Assembly (NCBI RefSeq): GCF_001548275.1
Contig: NZ_AP014945.1
Coordinates: 1,200,001-1,232,000 of the forward strand
Reading direction: 5' to 3'
DNA: 32,000 bases
DNA from: Caldimicrobium thiodismutans
Lineage (GTDB): Bacteria > Desulfobacterota > Thermodesulfobacteria > Thermodesulfobacteriales > Thermodesulfobacteriaceae
Made by a program: the position numbers and the translations under genes. Shown piece by piece: positions 8,746 through 14,611 of this stretch. Position 1 is the stretch's first letter, and every line of letters begins with the position of its first letter. A model generated the notes under the pieces. That model saw only the letters and a list, made by a program, of their open reading frames with translations, ran no database searches and was not told where the DNA came from.

Positions 8746-9050
8746 CATAGTGTCAATAATTTTATGTATAAAAATTTTTACTTTTATAAAAATTTTATTT
8801 TCCTTCTTTCCATGTCTTGCATTCCTGTACTCCCTTATCTCTTCTATTATCATCTCAAAATTTTTTAGTCTCTTACTTATATACTTCTCTCTCCTTAACT
8901 ACTAAATAAACAACTCTGTCAATCGAGACCTAACATGCAAAAACTTTCATAATCTTTACACTCCTCTTTAAATTCTTTATTAAATCGCTCAACTACTTTC
9001 TCTGTAAATATAAAACTCCCGCAAATATGATGACTTTCATGCTAAGTCTA
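8746..9050 (-). mobile_element. Decayed 3' fragment of a second, diverged IS256-family element (right end plus about the last 95 transposase codons)
   Basis: The reverse complement ends ...ATTGACACTATG, against ...GTTGACACTATG in the intact copy. It aligns back through remnants of TTNALERF-KE-KRR (FIFTEKVVERFNKEFK...) with stops and frameshifts. Its orientation is opposite to the intact IS. The upper boundary is approximate. Confidence 0.7.
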
Positions 9051-9068
9051 TGAATAATCAATCTATTT

Positions 9069-10067
9069 TTATGAGAATTCATTTTTGAAACCTCGCTTGA
9101 AAGTATAAAAAAGACCCTTGTCTTGAGGCACAAAAAACCAATAAGCCACCGCAGGCAAGAAAAAGAAAACATCCCTTGCCTTGCGAAGTAAAGATAAAAA
9201 GTAAAGTTTTTTATCTGGATTTACCTTTTTTAAATCTTCAACTCCTAAACTTGCAAGTTTTTCATCCTTTACTACGGACTTTTTAAGAGTCTTTTTAAGC
9301 CTAAGCCCTATACCACCTAATAATACACCCTCAAGATATGCAGGTATAGTCTTCAATTCATGTTTTACTCTTATAACCTTTATTGATGAAAATCCTGTAA
9401 GTTCCAAAGCCTGATAAAGTGCCTTTTTATTAAACCACAAAAAGTGATGAGGAGGAAAGTCTGAGTTTTCTCTTTCCCATAGTATTAACCTTTCTCTATT
9501 TGGCACGTCTCCTGCAATGAACCCACCGGGTTTTAAAAGCCTTTTTACATTTTCCAAAAACTCCTTTGGCTTGTCCTGATGCTCAAGCACCGCGAAAAAG
9601 GTTATTACATCAAATTTTAGCCCTTCCTTTTCGGCAAAATTTACAAATTCCTCTAAACTCATAGCATAGACATTTTTAAGTCCTCTTTTTTCTCTACAAA
9701 CTTCAACACTTTTCCTATCAAAGTCTATCCCCCAGACTTCAAAGCCCATTTCTTGCGCTCTCTTCAAAAACCTTCCATCTCCACAGCCTACATCAAGTAG
9801 CCTCCCAGATTTTAAAGGAATGTGTTTGAAAAAAGCTTTATAATCTTCTCCCAAACTCTCCCCTATTCCTAAGTGAAATATTGTATAAGCCTCATCCCCT
9901 TCCTCCTCATAAAACTCTTTTTCAATCTTTAAAGGCTCCCACCACTCAAGGTCACACCCTTCACAATGATAAAGCTTATACTCCTTTTTGTTCCAATCTG
10001 AAACATAAGTTTTTTTAAAAGCCCCGTTAGAAGCTTCCTTTCCACATACTGGACATCTTAAAATCAT
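9069..10067 (-). CDS. Class I SAM-dependent methyltransferase with N-terminal Zn-ribbon (paralog 2)
   Basis: Supplied ORF with CPVC...CEGC, LLDVGCGDGRF and DVITFFAVLEHQ. A strong SD GGAGGAGGG lies 7 nt upstream of the ATG at 10067. The C-terminal ~120 aa differ from paralog 1. Confidence 0.88.
   Translation of the reverse strand: MILRCPVCGKEASNGAFKKTYVSDWNKKEYKLYHCEGCDLEWWEPLKIEKEFYEEEGDEAYTIFHLGIGESLGEDYKAFFKHIPLKSGRLLDVGCGDGRFLKRAQEMGFEVWGIDFDRKSVEVCREKRGLKNVYAMSLEEFVNFAEKEGLKFDVITFFAVLEHQDKPKEFLENVKRLLKPGGFIAGDVPNRERLILWERENSDFPPHHFLWFNKKALYQALELTGFSSIKVIRVKHELKTIPAYLEGVLLGGIGLRLKKTLKKSVVKDEKLASLGVEDLKKVNPDKKLYFLSLLRKARDVFFFLPAVAYWFFVPQDKGLFYTFKRGFKNEFS
9525..10001. repeat. Direct repeat copy B (477 nt) inside methyltransferase paralog 2
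   Basis: See copy A (791-1267). It has the same orientation, and copy starts are 8734 bp apart. Confidence 0.9.
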
Positions 10068-10262
10068 TCTTTAGCCCTCCTCCTGCAATTTTTTGTTTAT
10101 AATGTAAGCATATCTCCTTCTGCCCTCCCGATGAGTTGGTTAGGCTAAAAGATACCACTAAAAATTCTTTTTTCCACATAGTTCTTCCCTTGTCGTATCA
10201 ACAGGAATAACATCCACATTAATGCTGAGTTTTCCCTCCAAAATAATCAGAAAGAATTATTT

Positions 10263-10652
10263 TTATAATTTACATTTCTCAATAATCTCCTGAGAAATTT
10301 CTATACTTTGATATACCATACCTTCAAGGTCAATGTTATTTAAATCGTTATCATAATCGCATTTATTTCTCCATCTTCTTAACTTATCTAATTTAGAAGC
10401 GATTTTTCCCCAATCTTTGCCTAATTTTCGTAAATATTCTCTTAAATACTTATGGTCTTTCGCTTCTCCGGTTGGTTTAAAACCAGAGTGTTTTTCAGCA
10501 TAATTGCGACACCAGCAAAAAGCTGAATAGTAAGCTCTACTAACTGCTGACCTGTAAGCGCATTCTCTTGAATATTCGGATCTTTGTAATCCAGCAAGTT
10601 CTTTTGCTAATTCTAAATACTCTTGCCAATTAAAAGCCATTTTTTTATTCAA
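10263..10652 (-). CDS. HEPN-like domain protein (putative toxin/RNase component)
   Basis: 129 aa, apparently all-helical. It has AYRSAVSRAYYSAFCWCRNYAEKHSG and a C-terminal LRRWRNKCDYDND block at the position of the HEPN R-x4-6-H motif. The assignment is by pattern recognition only; no HMM was run. Confidence 0.55.
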   Translation of the reverse strand: MNKKMAFNWQEYLELAKELAGLQRSEYSRECAYRSAVSRAYYSAFCWCRNYAEKHSGFKPTGEAKDHKYLREYLRKLGKDWGKIASKLDKLRRWRNKCDYDNDLNNIDLEGMVYQSIEISQEIIEKCKL

Positions 10653-11118
10653 ACTTTTTAAAATCGGTTGTTAACTGAATCCAACCTTTTTTGTCAACAA
10701 GGTAATCTAAAAATTCTGATTCTACATCTTCAAGTTTTTTCATAAATAGTTCATTATAACTTTTAGACCGAACATATATTACAATATATCTGTCATCTAT
10801 TTCTGGATCTTTGTATATATCAAAAACAACTTGATTATCCGGGAAATTTGATTTTATTATATTCGCAATAACAGGAATTAATTCTATCATATCAGAATAA
10901 TCTAAAAGATACTCTTTTATGTCTTCAAAATGTTCTAAATAAAATCCATATTTTTCTAATGTTTGTAGATTTTTTTCTATTCTTCTTTCAATAGATGTTT
11001 CAGTTTTGATAGATTTCATTAATTTTTGTAGAGAACCCATTCCCAACCTCTGTATATGTTTAATAAACTCTTGGGTTTGAAATAATAGGGGTGGATTTTT
11101 ATACTTTCCTTCTTTCAC
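10645..11118 (-). CDS. Hypothetical protein, partner of the HEPN-like gene (no recognisable family)
   Basis: 157-aa ORF with a GTG start at 11118 preceded by GAGAGG. It overlaps the downstream HEPN-like gene by 8 nt. No MNT-type hG[GS]...[DE]x[DE] motif or HTH was recognised. Confidence 0.5.
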   Translation of the reverse strand: MKEGKYKNPPLLFQTQEFIKHIQRLGMGSLQKLMKSIKTETSIERRIEKNLQTLEKYGFYLEHFEDIKEYLLDYSDMIELIPVIANIIKSNFPDNQVVFDIYKDPEIDDRYIVIYVRSKSYNELFMKKLEDVESEFLDYLVDKKGWIQLTTDFKKFE

Positions 11119-11275
11119 CTAACCTCTCTTTAAAATCTTTAAGTCCCATTTTATTAAATTTTTCCTTTTTCACAAAGGCACAATTTATTATCATATGGCT
11201 CATAGAATGGGTAACATCTGATCTAGTTTGATTTAAAAGTAATTCAAGGATAATATTAGTATCAATTAAATACAT
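11099..11275 (-). pseudogene. Truncated PIN-domain (VapC-like) toxin, only about 25 recognisable N-terminal residues
   Basis: Own translation from the ATG at 11275-11273 (TAATG overlap with the upstream antitoxin stop) gives MYLIDTNIILELLLNQTRSDV..., then unrelated sequence and a stop after 58 codons. Intact PIN toxins are about 130 aa. Confidence 0.55.
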
Positions 11276-11688
11276 TAGTCACTCAACAATTCTAAGTTTT
11301 TATGTTGAAGCTCTACTGAAGTATATTTATCTTTTAAATTTTGAAGTGCACCACGCCATGAGAGTTTCAATTCTTTTTTAGGTTTAGGATATTTTTTTTC
11401 TAACAAGAATTGGACAAAATCATACACCTCCTGCTCATACTCTGGTGGTAGCTTCTTAATCATTTCTATTAAAGATTCCATTTTTAGACCTCCTTTTTTT
11501 CTTAACCCAGTTATCTCTTTATAAAGCTCATCCACAGTAAGCTCCCCAAATAGCCTATCCTTAATTTCTAAATAATCTACCTTTTGATACAGGTTTTCGC
11601 GAATGAACATACTTGCTTTAAAAAGGCTCAAATTTTTAACTATCTTTTCCATAACCTTCAATTTTATATTTTCTTTATCTTGCAACAT
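11275..11688 (-). CDS. DUF2281/VapB-like antitoxin (C-terminal 68 aa) with an in-frame N-terminal extension of unknown nature
   Basis: The C-terminal part is MESLIEMIKKLPPEYEQEVYDFVQFLLEKK...LSWRGALQNLKDKYTSVELQHKNLE. The internal ATG at 11481 is preceded by AAAGGAGGT at 7-nt spacing, so a 68-aa product (11275-11481) is at least as likely as the 137-aa ORF. Confidence 0.6.
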   Translation of the reverse strand: MLQDKENIKLKVMEKIVKNLSLFKASMFIRENLYQKVDYLEIKDRLFGELTVDELYKEITGLRKKGGLKMESLIEMIKKLPPEYEQEVYDFVQFLLEKKYPKPKKELKLSWRGALQNLKDKYTSVELQHKNLELLSD

Positions 11689-11743
11689 ATTTTAAGATTA
11701 AACCAAGCATGCCAAGGATAAGTGTAAAACCTCCATAAACCAT

Positions 11744-11941
11744 TTACTGAAAAAATTGAAAGCGCCTCTCTAAGGCCTCAAAACGCCTATCCATCTCTCT
11801 CTGTAAAGCCTCAAATCGCCTCTCCACAAACTCCCTTAATGCCTTAAGCTCTTCCTCCACCCTAACCACCCTCTCTATCAATGATAACTCCTTCAATTTT
11901 GCCTCATTCACCCTTATATACTCCCCAATCTTCTCACTCAA
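11744..11941 (-). CDS. Small coiled-coil protein or gene fragment (RFEAL-repeat)
   Basis: 65 codons with a TTG start: ...LKALREFVERRFEALQREMDRRFEALERRFQFFQ. It resembles only the coiled-coil N-terminal part of longer proteins. The upstream frame is broken, with MAGLGLQGVSEQAIKDLVERF in another frame. Confidence 0.35.
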   Translation of the reverse strand: MSEKIGEYIRVNEAKLKELSLIERVVRVEEELKALREFVERRFEALQREMDRRFEALERRFQFFQ

Positions 11942-12337
11942 AATCTCCGATATACAAACCTCTCAACCAAATCCTTTATCGCCTGCTCTGATACCCCCTG
12001 TAATCCTAAACCAGCCATTTTTCTACCTCCTGCTTATTCCTATCTCCCTCTACTTCCTCTCTAAGTCTCTCTATAACTTTAACTCAAACTTCCATATAAT
12101 CAAAAAAGTGCAGAGGGGCACTATTCAAAGCTTTGAACAACCAAAATACCCTCTTCCTCTGCCATCTTTAAGGCTCTTGGCCTTGCAAAATGGGTATTGC
12201 CTGCTCAATTTTTAATAAAATCTTTATAAAAAGCTTTCTTAATAAAGGCTCAAGCGCATCCAAAGCCTGCATTATCTCTGCTGAATATATACCCATAATT
12301 AAAATACTAATCCTCTTTTAATCATTTGTCAAATTTC

Positions 12338-12362
12338 GTATAAGTCCATATCTTTTGAAACT
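12338..12362 (+). repeat. 25-nt motif copy 1 (GTATAAGTCCATATCTTTTGAAACT)
   Basis: 22/25 identical to 22785-22809. It contains the inverted arms TAAGT...ACTTA. Confidence 0.5.
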
Positions 12363-12901
12363 TAGGAAAATTATTCTACTACTTCGGTTGTAAAAAATAA
12401 ACATTTCACCCTTTTCCACCCCTTCTTTTTCTTGGTCGGATATGAATTTTAACACCTAACTTAAGCTCAAACACAAGCACATAATTGGCAAAAGGGTTAG
12501 CCCCAAATACCTGCAAAGGCAATAAAGGTCATAGCCTGAAGTCTTTCTTTGCCCTGTAAATACCTGTAGATGATAGGCTATACAAACACAAAGGGAAGGG
12601 TAAGAAAAGCTCAAAGTGGAGGGAGTTTCATACTGCGCATAACATATACTTGCATGGGATGACTTGTGCTATAGAGAGAACGATGGGCAAAGCAGTCCAG
12701 TTTCCTATTAGAATTAGCAAAGGGCGAGAGCCCCCTGTCTGAATTTACCCAAACCCCTTGCAAGTAAATTTAAGGATGAAGTTCTAAAAAAAGAGTGCTT
12801 TATATTCTCGGGTCCTTTTGGTAAAATGTAGGGGATGAGTTTTTTAACAATAGCTTGCATTAAAGAGAATTATATTATAATGTGAGAAAAGGGGTGGTAA
12901 A

Positions 12902-13984
12902 GTGGTATATATAATTCTTGTCTTTCTTGTAAGCTTTCTCTTATGTATGATAATAATAAGGCTTGGAGTTTTCAGTGATGCGCCCTTGGGGGTGCAAAAG
13001 TTTCACAAAAAGCCTACTCCGAGGGCTGGGGGGCTTGGGGTGTTTTTGGGGCTTTTGGGTGCAGGGGTTGGCTTTTGGGTTGCAAAGAAGGACTTTGCGT
13101 GGGAATACTTCCTTTTTCTTGTTACTTGCCTTCCTGTGTTTTTTGCGGGTATTTTGGAGGATGCAACAAAAAGGGTATCTCCTAAGTTGAGGTTGGTTGC
13201 TGGGTTTTTGTCGGGGCTTTTGGCTGTGCTTTTACTAAACGCTGGTGTGAAAAGGGTGAACCTTCCTTTCTTTGACCAGCTTCTTTCCTATTGGGTCTTT
13301 TCTTTGATTTTTTCTGCCTTTGCCTTTTCGGGGGTTTCTCATGCTTTTAACATCATAGATGGCTTTAATGGGCTTTTGGGTGGTGTTGCCATAATTGTTT
13401 TTGGCTCTTATGCTTATGTATCCTTTCTTCATGGGGACCTCTTTTTGACATACCTTAGTTTGAGCTTTGTCTTTGCTGTGCTTGGCTTTATGCTTTGGAA
13501 CTATCCCTTTGGTCTTGTCTTTTTGGGAGATGGTGGTGCATACCTTTTGGGCTTTGGAGCAAGTGTTTTGGGTGCTTTGCTAACCTCAAGGCATCCTGAT
13601 GTTTCTCCTTGGTTTGCCCTGCTTTTGGTGCTTTACCCTGTCTGGGAGACTTTGTTTTCTGTATACAGAAAAAAGTTTTTAAGAGGGACCTCACCAATGG
13701 AGCCAGACGGACTTCACTTTCATATGCTTGTCTATAAGCGCATTGTTAGGTTTTTTATTGGAGAAAGGGCTGAGGCATTAAAGAGAAACTCTTACACCTC
13801 TCCCTTTTTGTGGTTTATGGAGGTGCTGTGTGCGGTTCCTGCGGTTTTGTTTTGGAATAACACAAGCCTTCTTATGCTCTTTAGCTTTGCCTTTGTGGTT
13901 TTTTACACCTGGCTATACCTCAGAATAGTTAGATTCAAGGTGCCAGGTGTGTTTAAAGCTCCCCAGCGAGGGCAAAAACTCTGA
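12902..13984 (+). CDS. Polyprenyl-phosphate N-acetylhexosamine-1-phosphate transferase (MraY/WecA family, glycosyltransferase family 4)
   Basis: Supplied 360-aa polytopic ORF with KKPTPRAGGLGVF, ILEDATKRVSPKLRL, HAFNIIDGFNGL and FLGDGGAYLLGF motifs. It has a GTG start after AAAAGGGGTGG and is visibly more GC-rich than its surroundings. Confidence 0.85.
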   Translation: MVYIILVFLVSFLLCMIIIRLGVFSDAPLGVQKFHKKPTPRAGGLGVFLGLLGAGVGFWVAKKDFAWEYFLFLVTCLPVFFAGILEDATKRVSPKLRLVAGFLSGLLAVLLLNAGVKRVNLPFFDQLLSYWVFSLIFSAFAFSGVSHAFNIIDGFNGLLGGVAIIVFGSYAYVSFLHGDLFLTYLSLSFVFAVLGFMLWNYPFGLVFLGDGGAYLLGFGASVLGALLTSRHPDVSPWFALLLVLYPVWETLFSVYRKKFLRGTSPMEPDGLHFHMLVYKRIVRFFIGERAEALKRNSYTSPFLWFMEVLCAVPAVLFWNNTSLLMLFSFAFVVFYTWLYLRIVRFKVPGVFKAPQRGQKL

Positions 13985-14261
13985 GAAGGTTTACCGACAT
14001 GTTTTTGATGCTACCTGCAACCCTTAGGGCTTCGTATATAGGAACGGTGCCTATAGGGACGGTGATAACCTTTGTTATAGCTTCCCTTGTTATCTTTATA
14101 GCTTCACCGGTTGAGAGGTCCATTATGGTATCCACTCCGTATTTTATGGCTATTTTAACCTTCTCTAACTCTATGGGTATGTAGCTGGCAAGACCTGAGT
14201 TGCCTATGTTAGCGTTTACCTTTACCTCAGAGTTTATGCCTATGCACATGGGCTCAAGGTG
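13953..14261 (-). pseudogene. thiC: Internal fragment of thiC (phosphomethylpyrimidine synthase), about 100 codons
   Basis: HLEPMCIGINSEVKVNANIGNS...GVDTIMDLSTGEAIKITREAI...VPIGTVPIYEAL matches the conserved ThiC core (LEPMIIG..KVNANIGNS..GADTVMDLSTG..PVPIGTVPIYQAL). It has no N- or C-terminal parts, and its tail overlaps the 3' end of the WecA-like gene in antisense. Confidence 0.8.
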
Positions 14262-14611
14262 AGAATGTAATAGAAGATTTTTCAGCTTAAAGGAGGCAAA
14301 AGCCCCTAAAAGGTTTTAGTCCTCTTTCTTCTTATAATGATCTGATCTTAGAGTGTTTGCACCCATATCCTTTGACATTTATATCTATCTCTCACCCTTT
14401 TAATAGCATTTTTTCTGTAAAGATATAATTATATGCAATTTTTAATCTTTACTCCTGATCTTTTAACTCTATCATGTTTAACTTTAAGCTTATCTTCTCA
14501 AATAAAAATATAATGTGTTTTCAGGGTAATTTTTCAATCTTTATTAACTCTATTGAAAAAGAAAAATTTATTTGAAAAAAATTCCAAAAATCTAAATTTT
14601 TGTATAAAATT

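Noticed and set aside
10090-10262. Possible MNT (nucleotidyltransferase) C-terminal remnant downstream of the HEPN gene (minus-strand frame …LEGKLSINVDVIPVDTTREELCGKKNF-stop)
   Set aside because: There is only a vague G-K-x4-VD-V resemblance to the MNT C-terminus. It has no start and no GS/DxD motifs, and it is too short to support.
12963-13697. Three small ORFs (12963-13190 +, 13235-13432 -, 13488-13697 -) within the WecA-like gene
   Set aside because: They are alternative-frame or antisense shadows of a GC-rich membrane-protein gene. Their products are Arg/Lys/Gly-rich nonsense.
13999-14184. 61-aa plus-strand ORF
   Set aside because: It is antisense to the clearly recognisable thiC fragment.
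14285-14312. Imperfect hairpin AGGAGGC-AAAA-GCCCCT as a terminator
   Set aside because: The stem has a mismatch, there is no following T-run on either strand, and it is not positioned after an intact gene.
14280-14400. Looked for a TPP riboswitch next to the thiC fragment (GGGTGC, TGAGAG and GATCAGATC-like strings on the minus strand)
   Set aside because: The elements are in the wrong order and spacing for a THI-box. The thiC fragment also lacks its 5' end, so its leader would not be expected here.
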